In this document: piece by piece, positions 9,772-18,403 of the stretch
Numbering within the stretch: position 1 is the stretch's first letter
Layout of the letters: each line of letters opens with the position of its first letter
From: a virus
Taxonomy: Duplodnaviria > Caudoviricetes
IMG/VR virus record: IMGVR_UViG_3300021376_000006
DNA length: 64,000 bases
Reading direction: 5' to 3' (one strand)
Program-made: the position numbers and the translations under genes
Notes under the pieces: model-generated
Database searches by the model: none
What the model saw: only the letters and a program-made list of their open reading frames with translations
Told to the model about the DNA's origin: nothing

Positions 9772-10680
9772 TTAAATCTCCACATATTTGAGTTTAAAAC
9801 GATCGGCTAGTTCTTCATAACCATCATAGCCTCTTGGATTGCACACAATTCTAGTGGTACCAATCCGATAATCAAAGTCTTCATGTGTATGACCGTGTGT
9901 CCACAATTTTATTTGTCTACGATCCAAAATAAAGTTGTCCAAGTTAGTGCTGTATGCACCGTTAGTTATAAACTCACTCTTATAACGAGGATGAGTTGAC
10001 GCCTTGCTGGGAGCATGATGCCCCACAACCACAATAGGCAAATCCGGATAGAGAGCAAGTACCTCATCCAGTCCTTTTAAGAAAGCCTTGTGATCTACCA
10101 CACTATCTTCGGGCGTGAAGTTGGCTGGCCGTTCTTTAAAAGCCCATGCTTCCGCATTGTTCTCATCAAATGTGGGCACACGATGCTGCACAGTTCGGGC
10201 GCTATTTCGAACTGCACGATAGTCATTCATCATGTAAGCAATTTCTCTTAGAGTCTTGGGATCTTCGCCGTTCATGTCAGTCCACAATGTGCCACCATAG
10301 AATAGCACGCCATTGATGATACGCCATTCTTTATCCAAGAAATGCACATTAGAAAACTCGTCAACCACCGTACGAATCACATTGGCAGTGGCAGCATAGT
10401 CGCCATGATAGTGTTCGTGATTGCCCATGATTAGAATCACCTGCGGGAATCGCTCACTGCAACGCTTCAAGAAGTTGTAGTAGCGTTCGCCACGAGCCAA
10501 CATGCTTGGTGTAGCAGCCATGATTTGTTCATCTACATAACTAAAATTTTTTACATCATCGGCCACAAGGATATCGCCGCCGAGTACAAGTACATCAGCA
10601 CCTTCTGTGTTGTCAAAATCCAAGTCTCCAAACTCAAGATGGAGATCACTGCAAACTGCGATTTTCATAATTACATCCAT
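9772..10680 (-). CDS. Calcineurin-like metallophosphoesterase
   Basis: SDLHLE, GGD, GNHEHY, GHHAP, HGHTH motifs. Confidence 0.9.
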   Translation of the reverse strand: MDVIMKIAVCSDLHLEFGDLDFDNTEGADVLVLGGDILVADDVKNFSYVDEQIMAATPSMLARGERYYNFLKRCSERFPQVILIMGNHEHYHGDYAATANVIRTVVDEFSNVHFLDKEWRIINGVLFYGGTLWTDMNGEDPKTLREIAYMMNDYRAVRNSARTVQHRVPTFDENNAEAWAFKERPANFTPEDSVVDHKAFLKGLDEVLALYPDLPIVVVGHHAPSKASTHPRYKSEFITNGAYSTNLDNFILDRRQIKLWTHGHTHEDFDYRIGTTRIVCNPRGYDGYEELADRFKLKYVEI

Positions 10681-10877
10681 TTCAAAATAAAAAGTTCTGC
10701 ATCTCGAGTATGTCGAAAATACAGATCCATGTAGTCAGCTTCGGTAACATAATGCCAATTTTTGTTGTCACCAGGTATGCCCAATTCCATCACACACCAG
10801 CGGGTCATATCTAACCATCGTTTCTCATTGCCTAACTCTGTCGTCCACGGTTTGCGAACGTGAATCACTACATCCAC
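10671..10877 (-). CDS. Small phage protein ending F...AxxFxLxW
   Basis: C-term FRHTRDAELFILKWM. Confidence 0.65.
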   Translation of the reverse strand: MDVVIHVRKPWTTELGNEKRWLDMTRWCVMELGIPGDNKNWHYVTEADYMDLYFRHTRDAELFILKWM

Positions 10878-11038
10878 CTAAGTGCAAAAAATGCTGCTTG
10901 GTCCGAGCATTCGAATCGGAACTCGTACATGTTGGCTGGAAAAGTGTGCTGGATCTGATAACCACCCGTGCCAAAATGTTCACTGGCCCAAAGTATGGCA
11001 TCATATGCTTTGCTGTGCGGTATAAGAATTTTAGTCAT
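10868..11038 (-). CDS. Small phage protein, tandem paralogue of 10671-10877 (56 aa, not in track)
   Basis: MTKILIPHSKAYDAILWASEHFGTGGY...FECSDQAAFFALRWM. Confidence 0.65.
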   Translation of the reverse strand: MTKILIPHSKAYDAILWASEHFGTGGYQIQHTFPANMYEFRFECSDQAAFFALRWM

Positions 11039-11095
11039 GCGTACATTGTAGCATAAAAGTCTATTTGTGTCTATAAATATCCAAAAAGGATTCCT

Positions 11096-11293
11096 ATGTG
11101 GTTGTTACTTATTATAGTTTTGAGTGCTGAATCTCCATACAACCATAGAGGTTCGGTGCAAAATTTCTATACGTCCGAAACTGAATGTAGATCCGAATTG
11201 GCTGCTGCGGTTAAAGCATTGTATCTAAAAGGCACACAAGTTTCGGGCACCTGTGAATTTAGACAATATCTAACACCTAAACGGACTTTTTGA
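11096..11293 (+). CDS. Small secreted/membrane protein of two-Cys family
   Basis: Hydrophobic N-term, FYTSETEC...C; TATAAATA at 11072-11079. Confidence 0.65.
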   Translation: MWLLLIIVLSAESPYNHRGSVQNFYTSETECRSELAAAVKALYLKGTQVSGTCEFRQYLTPKRTF

Positions 11294-11337
11294 GTATATC
11301 AAATACTCGTTGCTTTTCTAGTAACTCACGTTCTAGT

Positions 11338-11517
11338 TCATTTAATCTTGACCATGGTTTCTTTTCTAATCCAATTTACTCTACGATGCGGATCAGATTC
11401 ACGCCAAACACCGATGAAAGGTTCGCCGTCGATGAGCTTTTCGTAGACCGTGCTGGTAGTAAACACTTCGTTGGTACGAAGATTCTTTACTTGATAAATT
11501 TTTAAGGGTTTACGCAT
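11338..11517 (-). CDS. Hypothetical protein (59 aa, not in track)
   Basis: MRKPLKIYQVKNLRTNEVF...WIRKETMVKIK; GAGG RBS. Confidence 0.6.
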   Translation of the reverse strand: MRKPLKIYQVKNLRTNEVFTTSTVYEKLIDGEPFIGVWRESDPHRRVNWIRKETMVKIK

Positions 11518-11562
11518 ATAGACCTCACAATAAATTATATAAAAATTAAAACACTACGTCAA

Positions 11563-11593
11563 TAAAAAACGGGCACTGGCCCGTTTATTTTTT
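11563..11593. terminator. Bidirectional intrinsic terminator at the end of the tRNA array
   Basis: AAACGGGC-ACTG-GCCCGTTT flanked by A and T runs. Confidence 0.8.
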
Positions 11594-11743
11594 ACTCTGA
11601 TGTCGGTATTCTCGACGTAGCCACCATTTGTAACGATGCCAGTATTCCGATAATGTATATGGCAGTTCGTTGTGGTCTTCGTGTTCGCGGCAGTTTTCTA
11701 ACCAGATAATTCTTAACCAATTTCTAAAATGTGATTCTAACAT
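11585..11743 (-). CDS. Hypothetical protein (52 aa, not in track)
   Basis: MLESHFRNWLRIIWLENCREHEDHNELPYTLSEYWHRYKWWLRREYRHQSKK; GGAG RBS. Confidence 0.65.
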   Translation of the reverse strand: MLESHFRNWLRIIWLENCREHEDHNELPYTLSEYWHRYKWWLRREYRHQSKK

Positions 11744-11760
11744 ATCTGATCTCCCAAAAT

Positions 11761-11932
11761 TGGTGTTGGGCTACTGATCCTCATCAGCCCCCAACTGAGC
11801 AGTTACTCTGTCCACTGACGCTCCTTTTGGATAGTGCCAGCTTAACCTACGATTTTTCTTGCACCCAGGTAAACGGGTTCTGAGGCTGCGATCGTATGCG
11901 CCCTGGCGATGTGGTGAAGCCAACATACCCCC
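11761..11932 (-). ncRNA. Candidate ~170-nt structured RNA ending in CCA
   Basis: GC-rich, no ORF; 3' end GTTGGGGGCTGAT-GAGG-ATCAGTAGCCCAACACCA forms a stem with a CCA tail. Confidence 0.5.
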
Positions 11933-11960
11933 TTTAATAATGCAGAAGGGACTGCGAGGT

Positions 11961-12037
11961 TGGTTGCAGGAGTCAGATTCGAACTGACGATCTCCAGGTT
12001 ATGAGCCTAGCGGGATGACCATCTTCCCTATCCTGCG
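11961..12037 (-). tRNA. tRNA-fMet (CAT)
   Basis: Cloverleaf, C1:A72 mismatch, loop CTCATAA, CCA. Confidence 0.92.
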
Positions 12038-12039
12038 AT

Positions 12040-12175
12040 TGTTCTGTTGAATGTTATCCTCCCAGATGTCCGTAGATTGAACGCAGCGTCCCGCGTCCCG
12101 CGTCCTTCACTGGTAAATTCCAGCTATACCGTTTTGCTCGTTGCCTTGCAACATAGGGCCGGACTATTCTTTATT
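12040..12175 (-). ncRNA. Candidate structured RNA upstream of tRNA-fMet
   Basis: GC-rich, no start codon for the one open frame, contains (G)GGACGC x3 tandem. Confidence 0.3.
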
Positions 12176-12251
12176 TACTTGAAACGCTTTAACAGTTGCC
12201 GAAACTTCCACTTGATATAATAGGGTATTTCACGCAAGGGGATTGCAAACA

Positions 12252-12434
12252 TCACACGCTCCTGTTTAAACGAAAAGTAATATATTCATCATAGCTAATA
12301 GCTATCCAACCAAACAATGCTGTCACGTTAGCATAAAAAGCCGACATATTGTCTGACCCATATGCAGCCGTACCGTTAACAATAGATAACACAACTACCA
12401 AAAAAGGAATACCTACTCGAAAATATTTGATCAT
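12252..12434 (-). CDS. Small membrane protein
   Basis: Two hydrophobic segments; GGAG RBS. Confidence 0.6.
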   Translation of the reverse strand: MIKYFRVGIPFLVVVLSIVNGTAAYGSDNMSAFYANVTALFGWIAISYDEYITFRLNRSV

Positions 12435-12460
12435 GCTACACTCCTATAAAACGAAAAGCT

Positions 12461-12534
12461 TGGCTCCGGTGGAGAGAATCGAACCCCCACTAACGGTTTT
12501 GGAGACCGCCGCACTGCCATTATACTACACCGGA
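12461..12534 (-). tRNA. tRNA-Trp (CCA)
   Basis: Loop CTCCAAA, TTCGA T-arm, CCA. Confidence 0.95.
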
Positions 12535-12539
12535 ACTGA

Positions 12540-12797
12540 TTACTCAGGGTCCTTGACTACATTACTCAACATTGTTTCTCTACGTTCTTGCATCTCTCGA
12601 ACTTTTGCTTCAGTTTCGAGTTGACCAAGATTGATACTATAAACTACCCATACCATCCAGGCAACGAAAGCAAGTATAAACAAATTGAAAAGTGTTTCTG
12701 CATCTAGTTGAAACAACCCTACAACTGCCAACGGTACCAGTGTTGCAACAGCAAACATTCCGGCGGTACGACCAATTGCACGAACTCGAATATTCAT
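12540..12797 (-). CDS. Membrane protein (2 TM + coiled coil)
   Basis: Hydropathy; sigma70-like promoter upstream. Confidence 0.65.
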   Translation of the reverse strand: MNIRVRAIGRTAGMFAVATLVPLAVVGLFQLDAETLFNLFILAFVAWMVWVVYSINLGQLETEAKVREMQERRETMLSNVVKDPE

Positions 12798-12865
12798 TTT
12801 AACTCCTACTTAGTTAATATACTTTATATTTTACATGAACTTGCATTTTGTGTCAACAATTAGTT

Positions 12866-12955
12866 TGGCGGAAGCGGTGAGATTCGAACTCACGGATCCT
12901 TTCGGATCGTCTGTTTTCAAGACAGGTGCAATAAACCGTACTCTGCCACACTTCC
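12866..12955 (-). tRNA. tRNA-Ser (TGA)
   Basis: Loop CTTGAAA, long variable arm, CCA. Confidence 0.95.
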
Positions 12956-12962
12956 TTTAAAC

Positions 12963-13040
12963 TGGAGCACTGGGCTGGATTCGAACCAGCGGATCGAGAG
13001 TTTTGCAGACTCCGCCATTGGGCCACTCTGGTACCAGTGC
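12963..13040 (-). tRNA. tRNA-Cys (GCA)
   Basis: Loop CTGCAAA, CCA. Confidence 0.93.
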
Positions 13041-13043
13041 ATA

Positions 13044-13343
13044 TTAATCTTCTTCTGAATCTTCGTCGTCAAACTCTCCGGTGTTGTGAGCATAACCTCG
13101 TAGAGTGCCTATAACTAGTTCTTGGTCATTTACTACAAAAACATTGTATTCATCTCGACGAAACGGTTTCATTTTAGGTACCAACCGCCTTCCTGCTGTG
13201 TCGGACTTTACTGGTTCTACTTTAACGCTATACGAATTTTCAAATACTTGGATAATTCGACCCAAAATTATTCTGTTGTTATGACAAGTAATAACTGTGG
13301 AACCTACTTCAATTGGCGTACCCAATATGTCATTCAAATTCAC
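13044..13343 (-). CDS. Hypothetical protein (start reassigned to GTG 13343)
   Basis: GAGGAG RBS; the longer track ORF overlaps tRNA-Arg. Confidence 0.7.
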   Translation of the reverse strand: MNLNDILGTPIEVGSTVITCHNNRIILGRIIQVFENSYSVKVEPVKSDTAGRRLVPKMKPFRRDEYNVFVVNDQELVIGTLRGYAHNTGEFDDEDSEED

Positions 13344-13399
13344 AGTTGTCTCCTCAAATAAAACAACATTGTAACATAACAGTTGAATTTTGGTCAATC

Positions 13400-13474
13400 T
13401 GGTCCGGCGTGCAGGAATCGAACCCACATTAAGGGAGTAGAAATCCCCTGTATTATCCATTATACTAACGCCAG
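13400..13474 (-). tRNA. tRNA-Arg (TCT)
   Basis: Loop TTTCTAC, CCA. Confidence 0.92.
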
Positions 13475-13481
13475 TATAACT

Positions 13482-13558
13482 TGGTGGGCCGGGTGAGACT
13501 CGAACTCACTGTCCCCCGATTATGAGTCGGACGCTTATACCAATTAAGCTTCCGGCCC
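13482..13558 (-). tRNA. tRNA-Ile2 (CAT, probable lysidine type)
   Basis: Loop CTCATAA, GGGCC acceptor, anticodon arm resembles E. coli Ile2. Confidence 0.8.
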
Positions 13559-13564
13559 TGAAAC

Positions 13565-13650
13565 TGGTACCCGGGACCGGACTCGAACCGGTACGCCCTT
13601 TCGAACATCAAATTTTAAGTCTGAGGTGTCTACCATTCCACCACCCGGGC
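13565..13650 (-). tRNA. tRNA-Leu (TAA)
   Basis: Loop CTTAAAA, long variable arm, CCA. Confidence 0.95.
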
Positions 13651-13659
13651 ATTATAACT

Positions 13660-13736
13660 TGGTCGGAGTAGTAGGATTCAAACCTACGACCTTCCGCTCC
13701 CAAAGCGGATGCACTATCAGGCTGTGCTATACTCCG
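13660..13736 (-). tRNA. tRNA-Pro (TGG)
   Basis: CGGAGTA acceptor, loop TTTGGGA, CCA. Confidence 0.95.
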
Positions 13737-13966
13737 TTGTCTTCATCATCTTCATTTGAATTGATATAATCAATTACCCTACTGCGAGCTTCCGCTTCGG
13801 TCAAAGCCGGCAGCGTTATTGTTGCTACGCAATTTTTTATTCGAATGTCAAAAGGCACAACACCAGTAGGTAACCAACCTTCCTCCACAGGCACACTTAC
13901 GGTAAACTCCCGCAAGTTCATTAGCCTGTTGATTGTCTGTTCAGTTAGATCGCTAAATTGTGCCAT
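13727..13966 (-). CDS. Hypothetical protein (start reassigned to MAQFSDL)
   Basis: AAGGA RBS; the longer track ORF overlaps tRNA-Tyr. Confidence 0.65.
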   Translation of the reverse strand: MAQFSDLTEQTINRLMNLREFTVSVPVEEGWLPTGVVPFDIRIKNCVATITLPALTEAEARSRVIDYINSNEDDEDNGV

Positions 13967-13977
13967 AATATATCCTT

Positions 13978-14060
13978 TGGTGCTGGAGGTGAGACTCGAA
14001 CTCACGGAGGTTTCCCGACGGCTTACAAAACCGTTGCAATTGCCGCTATGCGACTCCAGC
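13978..14060 (-). tRNA. tRNA-Tyr (GTA)
   Basis: Loop TTGTAAG, long variable arm, CCA. Confidence 0.92.
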
Positions 14061-14069
14061 ATTAACACT

Positions 14070-14163
14070 TGGCGAAGAGTATTGGATTCGAACCAATGAT
14101 CCGGCTTTTGACCAGATGCCTTCTTAGCAGGAAGGTGCCTTCGACCAACTCGGCCAACTCTCC
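14070..14163 (-). tRNA. tRNA-Ser (GCT)
   Basis: Loop CTGCTAA, long variable arm, CCA. Confidence 0.95.
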
Positions 14164-14205
14164 ATTTGTTACTATTATATAGTTGAGCAATGGTCCTGTC
14201 AACAG

Positions 14206-14808
14206 TTACATCACAGGACCATTACCGTTCCGAAAGCCTATTGTACCACCTTCTGCTGTAATACGCTTGATCACATCTTCAAACAAGATAGGTGCAAAGT
14301 CTGTTTGTTCTACACAGACACAATGGTAGCGAGGATCAATACGCTCTCTGACTCCCCACTCCATAAATTCGGCTGTGCTACTGGCTCGCTGCATTACACG
14401 ATTGGCATGTAAGTGCCCGTGTATGTTAGTACCAAAACGACCCAAGCTATCTTCGTGAATGGGAATATGGCTCAGTATCATTCCGTTCATCACATGGTAT
14501 GCTCTGAGTTCACGGAAGTACTGTCTATATTCGTCATCGCGGAAGATGTCGTGATTGCCTCTTATAAGCACCTTGTCGCCGTTAAGACGTGCAAGTGTGC
14601 CAAGGCTTCGACGATTGATAACCACATCACCCAGGTGATATACTTTGTCGTTTGGTCGAACACGTTCGTTCCAGGCCTTGACCATAAACTCGTCCATTTC
14701 TGCAGGATCATCCCACGGACGCAGTTTGGTTACACCGTCATTACGCATGAAACGGCAAACGCCAGCATGCCCGAAGTGTGTGTCCGATACTAAAAATACT
14801 GCTGGCAT
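14206..14808 (-). CDS. Calcineurin-like phosphoesterase (phage type)
   Basis: SDTHFGH, YHLGD, GNHD, SHIP, HGHLH. Confidence 0.88.
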   Translation of the reverse strand: MPAVFLVSDTHFGHAGVCRFMRNDGVTKLRPWDDPAEMDEFMVKAWNERVRPNDKVYHLGDVVINRRSLGTLARLNGDKVLIRGNHDIFRDDEYRQYFRELRAYHVMNGMILSHIPIHEDSLGRFGTNIHGHLHANRVMQRASSTAEFMEWGVRERIDPRYHCVCVEQTDFAPILFEDVIKRITAEGGTIGFRNGNGPVM

Positions 14809-14822
14809 TGTATTCTCCTTAA

Positions 14823-14990
14823 TTATTTGTTAGCAGGTGTTAGCCTATCAGCATGCACCCAAGTATACCAGTTGAGGCCTAACACTCCAATCTTGACATA
14901 TTTTAGTCTTTTGCGTAGCACTTCCCCACGCAGAAATCCGTGAACACGATGCTTAAACAAAACCTGTTCACCTTTGTTATAAATTCTCAT
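14823..14990 (-). CDS. Hypothetical protein (55 aa, not in track)
   Basis: MRIYNKGEQVLFKHRVHGFLRGEVLRKRLKYVKIG...; AAGGA RBS. Confidence 0.55.
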   Translation of the reverse strand: MRIYNKGEQVLFKHRVHGFLRGEVLRKRLKYVKIGVLGLNWYTWVHADRLTPANK

Positions 14991-15002
14991 AAAATTTCCT
15001 TT

Positions 15003-15308
15003 CTATGCTACGAGCCACTCTTGTTTATCTCTATACTCGATGGATTCTGCTCCATCATACTCATGTATTTGAAATTCAGTACCTTGATCGATCCATTTAA
15101 TCACCAAATCGTCAAGGTCTCCAAAATACTCGTTAGGATATTTTAGTGCAAGATAATGTTCTATCTTGTCTATTTCCTCAGATTCGAGCCATTCGATTAT
15201 ACTAGGATCAAATAGTAATTCTTCGATCTGGTGCCACGAATACCACCCGGCTCCGTGCTCAGGGCTAAAAAGAACTGCTACTTTACCGTCGCGAACAAGT
15301 TTATTCAT
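15003..15308 (-). CDS. Conserved phage hypothetical protein
   Basis: DGKVAVLFSPEHGAGWYSW...EYDGAESI. Confidence 0.7.
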   Translation of the reverse strand: MNKLVRDGKVAVLFSPEHGAGWYSWHQIEELLFDPSIIEWLESEEIDKIEHYLALKYPNEYFGDLDDLVIKWIDQGTEFQIHEYDGAESIEYRDKQEWLVA

Positions 15309-15329
15309 TTTATCTCAACAATAGTAACT

Positions 15330-15500
15330 AACAAGGACCGTCGTTAGTTGAGTTTAGGGTCCGCCATTTCCATCCTGCGCTTTTCCTTGCCGGGATGCCA
15401 TGGTCAAGCTGCGGCTCTCTAACGCCGAGGGCTTGCCGTCTGCCCTCACTCACTGTCGCTAGTGTCACAGGGCACTATAGAGTCAGCCTGTGCTCTGACT
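15330..15500 (-). ncRNA. Candidate multi-hairpin ncRNA
   Basis: GC-rich intergenic; stems AGTCAG/CTGACT, GAGGGC/GCCCTC, CATCC/GGATG, GGACC/GGTCC. Confidence 0.45.
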
Positions 15501-15663
15501 ATGCTAGTTCTTCGTCCTCATCAAGGAAGAACTCATTGATGTGAGCCATGTCTGCTACATCATCCTCACTCATATACTTCAGGCAAGCCATAATAACAGT
15601 ATCACGATCTAAAAGACCGTCTTCAATCATGTCTAATAGTCGGTTAGTACATTGACGAGTCAT
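15499..15663 (-). CDS. Small conserved phage protein (start MTRQCT)
   Basis: AAGGAG RBS; LLDMIEDGLLDRD...CLKYMSEDDVADM. Confidence 0.7.
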   Translation of the reverse strand: MTRQCTNRLLDMIEDGLLDRDTVIMACLKYMSEDDVADMAHINEFFLDEDEELA

Positions 15664-15673
15664 TGTTATCTCC

Positions 15674-15988
15674 TTAGATAAATTGTAATTCTCTAGCCGG
15701 GTAATCAATGCGGCCATCAAACTCTAACTGATCACGCTCGAATTCAGTAAGGTAGTCATCGGCTACAATGTTAAAGTCAACAATGTGCTCACGGAAGTAC
15801 ACGCTGTCTTCTGCAATCTGGTCACGCAAAGCCATCACAGCCATAGTAACATCTTTACCTCGAAAATTCCGGACCACGTAATCGTTGCCGCCTTTGGACT
15901 TCCAATACTCAGGACACTCACCGGTACCGTCCCACGCATGGGCGCCATAGTTTTCGTAAACTTGGGTGGTGATTAGCAGCTTAGACAT
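15674..15988 (-). CDS. Conserved phage hypothetical protein (start MSKLL)
   Basis: GGAG RBS; ENYGAHAWDGTGECPEYWKSKGG. Confidence 0.7.
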   Translation of the reverse strand: MSKLLITTQVYENYGAHAWDGTGECPEYWKSKGGNDYVVRNFRGKDVTMAVMALRDQIAEDSVYFREHIVDFNIVADDYLTEFERDQLEFDGRIDYPARELQFI

Positions 15989-16017
15989 TTTGGCTCCTTG
16001 TTCTTCACTATACACAT

Positions 16018-16046
16018 ATTATAGCAAAATGGGCCATTATGGTCTA
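16018..16046 (-). promoter_or_regulatory. Sigma70-type early promoter
   Basis: TAGACC-17bp-TATAAT with TG extension; near-copy of 39774-39802. Confidence 0.75.
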
Positions 16047-16118
16047 CCAAAATAAAATGTTACAAGAATAGCAACACTTGTTGCTAGAATAATAATGTTG
16101 CTTTAGGGCAACAGAACG

Positions 16119-16192
16119 TGGAGCGGAGTAGGAGAATCGAACTCCTCGCTTTAGCTTGGAAGGCTAAGGTATTACCACTATACGAACTCCGC
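16119..16192 (-). tRNA. tRNA-Gly (TCC)
   Basis: Loop CTTCCAA, CCA. Confidence 0.95.
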
Positions 16193-16246
16193 AAATAATA
16201 GATACACAAAATTACAGTTTATAAATAAAATTACTTATTTTTATAT

Positions 16247-17026
16247 ATGCATACGGTCAATCATCAATTGTTTCAAAATTTTGATCATCTAGTAGATATC
16301 AAATCGCTAATAAAACTGAAACCTCTAGTTTCAGCTTTTATTGCCAAAAACTTTCAATACATTATACCAACAAAATTTGCTGCATGGTCATTTCCGCCGT
16401 CGCATCAGCACAAACAAGGTATAGCTGACGCTAACGCCAAATATATTAAAAATCTCAACGGTTTTAGCAGCCATTTGCAAAGTGTAATACAAAATCTAGC
16501 AGATACAGACTGCCTTGGATCTTTTTGCCTATTTGAAGAAGATGTAGTTTTATCTTCATTTAGTTTTAATGTGAGATACAACCTGCAAGGACTGCCTAAT
16601 AAACACCTTGCATCTTGCGTCGCTAAAAGATCGATTGACAGTGACTTTGATTTTTTTTACAACTGGTTAGATAATCAAAACATTTTTCAAGAATACGGTA
16701 GAGTGGTCTTTTTTATCAACTATCCCGGATCAAATCAGGTACCGCATTATGATCCTATTGACGATACACGTGACAATCAACCGGACGAATTTATATTAAT
16801 TAACTTCAATCCCAATCGTAAAAGATTATACTTGTTAGATGACACAAACAATAAAAAATACTATTCATATGGCTATGTAAATTGGTTCAATACTAACAAT
16901 TTCCATGGCGCAGACACTGTAGAATATGCATGTTACACGCTACGAATTGATGGCACTTTTTCCGATCAATTCAGACAAAAGTTTATGGCGGTCCCAAGGG
17001 GTAACGATCCCCTTCTTCAAGCGTGA
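16247..17026 (+). CDS. 2OG-Fe(II)/cupin-type oxygenase (Asp/Asn hydroxylase-like)
   Basis: HxD (PHYD), distal H (NFHGA), YTLRIDG; TATAAATA at 16220-16227. Confidence 0.6.
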   Translation: MHTVNHQLFQNFDHLVDIKSLIKLKPLVSAFIAKNFQYIIPTKFAAWSFPPSHQHKQGIADANAKYIKNLNGFSSHLQSVIQNLADTDCLGSFCLFEEDVVLSSFSFNVRYNLQGLPNKHLASCVAKRSIDSDFDFFYNWLDNQNIFQEYGRVVFFINYPGSNQVPHYDPIDDTRDNQPDEFILINFNPNRKRLYLLDDTNNKKYYSYGYVNWFNTNNFHGADTVEYACYTLRIDGTFSDQFRQKFMAVPRGNDPLLQA

Positions 17027-17060
17027 CAGGCTTGTGTGCGTCCATGAACACTTTGAGACC
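16986..17060 (-). tRNA. tRNA-Asp (GTC)
   Basis: Loop CTGTCAC, variant T-loop ATCGTTA, CCA. Confidence 0.9.
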
Positions 17061-17065
17061 TTGCA

Positions 17066-17142
17066 TGGCTGTCCAGGTAGGGATCGAACCTACGACACGG
17101 TGATTAACAGTCACCTGCTACTACCAACTGAGCTACTGGACA
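17066..17142 (-). tRNA. tRNA-Asn (GTT)
   Basis: Loop CTGTTAA, CCA. Confidence 0.95.
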
Positions 17143-17149
17143 ATAAAAC

Positions 17150-17225
17150 TGGTAGGAGGTGACGGGGTCGAACCGGCGACATCGGCCTTGTAAGGGCCGC
17201 GCTCTACCAACTGAGCTAACCTCCC
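17150..17225 (-). tRNA. tRNA-Val (TAC)
   Basis: Loop CTTACAA, CCA. Confidence 0.95.
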
Positions 17226-17227
17226 AA

Positions 17228-17512
17228 TTAAATATATCTATCAATATGTAGGCCTACAGCACTTGCTCGTTGAACCAATCTTTGTTCTCTAATACTTTCG
17301 CCAAATGCATACTGCCTTAAAAATTCTGTTTGTTTATTGTAGTCATAATTTCTTTGCAATCTTGCGGCTTCTTGTAAAGCTAACAAATTAGCCATTTCTC
17401 GCACTTTTTGCTCTTCGTTGTCCCTACGTTTATAATCATTGAGAACTTGAACACGCTGACCTATCATTTGATAGTCGTTTAAGTAAGCATGTGGTACACG
17501 ATATATAACCAT
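17228..17512 (-). CDS. Hypothetical protein
   Basis: ORF between tRNA and TauD-like gene. Confidence 0.6.
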   Translation of the reverse strand: MVIYRVPHAYLNDYQMIGQRVQVLNDYKRRDNEEQKVREMANLLALQEAARLQRNYDYNKQTEFLRQYAFGESIREQRLVQRASAVGLHIDRYI

Positions 17513-17520
17513 AATTTATA

Positions 17521-18390
17521 CTATAATTTACCTAAATTCACATTTGCAAAATCAAATGTGACTCTGTTCAATACTCGTTTGTTCATGCCTTCAAATTTCC
17601 AACGTTTATGAATACCCAACCACTGTTCGGCAATGACCACATCACCATCTTGCCAGTCGTGATGGTATATATATTTTTCTTGCAACACATGATCTCTTAG
17701 CGATTCTACAAGCTCACGACTTTGATCTTGTGTCATGCCAACAAAATTTCTAAATTGTAAAAAAGGAAAAAATAGTCCAGTTTGTTTACCTATATTGGTG
17801 TAGACCAGGTTAGGAGTGTAATGTTCATTAAAGTTTTCAGTAACCCCTGCTGCTTTACCAAAATCAAAATCACTGTAAGTGCCTTTTTTCCACCCACATA
17901 CCATCTTTAAATCTTTAATTTTATCAATCATTTGGTCATTAAGATCTTTGTAGGCCAAAATATTATTGGTCCAGCTGGTTCTTGAGCCGAACGTGGACTT
18001 GATACCACGCAACCATACCAATGGTTTACGATCGGGTTGAGCGGGTTGATTACAATGCCAGTCTAAATCGTCTACGTGTCCAAACAGTCCCGGTTCGCCA
18101 TGTTCATCAAGCTCACCTGTAACTCTTACCACTTTATAGTTAGTATCTTGAATAATTACATTTTTAAAAGGCGCTATGTCCTTAAGCGGAGTGAGGTCTT
18201 CTAACTCACCAAATCTACTGCATATATTTGCTTCATCTTGCGCTGTAAGATGATTTTGATTTTTGCATACCACTAAGGTATTTGTTGCCAACCAACGGGC
18301 AATTTGATTAATATCCGAATCTGACGCAGTTAAAAAATCAAAGTCATCTAAAATTACAGTCCATCCATTGTCATGTATTTTGTGTTTCAT
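17521..18390 (-). CDS. TauD/TfdA family dioxygenase-like protein
   Basis: LDWHCN, GSRTSW, HDWQDGDVVI, IHKR, LNRVT. Confidence 0.8.
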   Translation of the reverse strand: MKHKIHDNGWTVILDDFDFLTASDSDINQIARWLATNTLVVCKNQNHLTAQDEANICSRFGELEDLTPLKDIAPFKNVIIQDTNYKVVRVTGELDEHGEPGLFGHVDDLDWHCNQPAQPDRKPLVWLRGIKSTFGSRTSWTNNILAYKDLNDQMIDKIKDLKMVCGWKKGTYSDFDFGKAAGVTENFNEHYTPNLVYTNIGKQTGLFFPFLQFRNFVGMTQDQSRELVESLRDHVLQEKYIYHHDWQDGDVVIAEQWLGIHKRWKFEGMNKRVLNRVTFDFANVNLGKL

Positions 18391-18403
18391 AGTTTATCCA
18401 TAA

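Noticed and set aside
11275-11360. Overlapping frame reading RLNELERELLEKQRVFDILKKSV, a possible frameshift extension
   Set aside because: No start codon, a stop lies just upstream, and there is no convincing slippery site.
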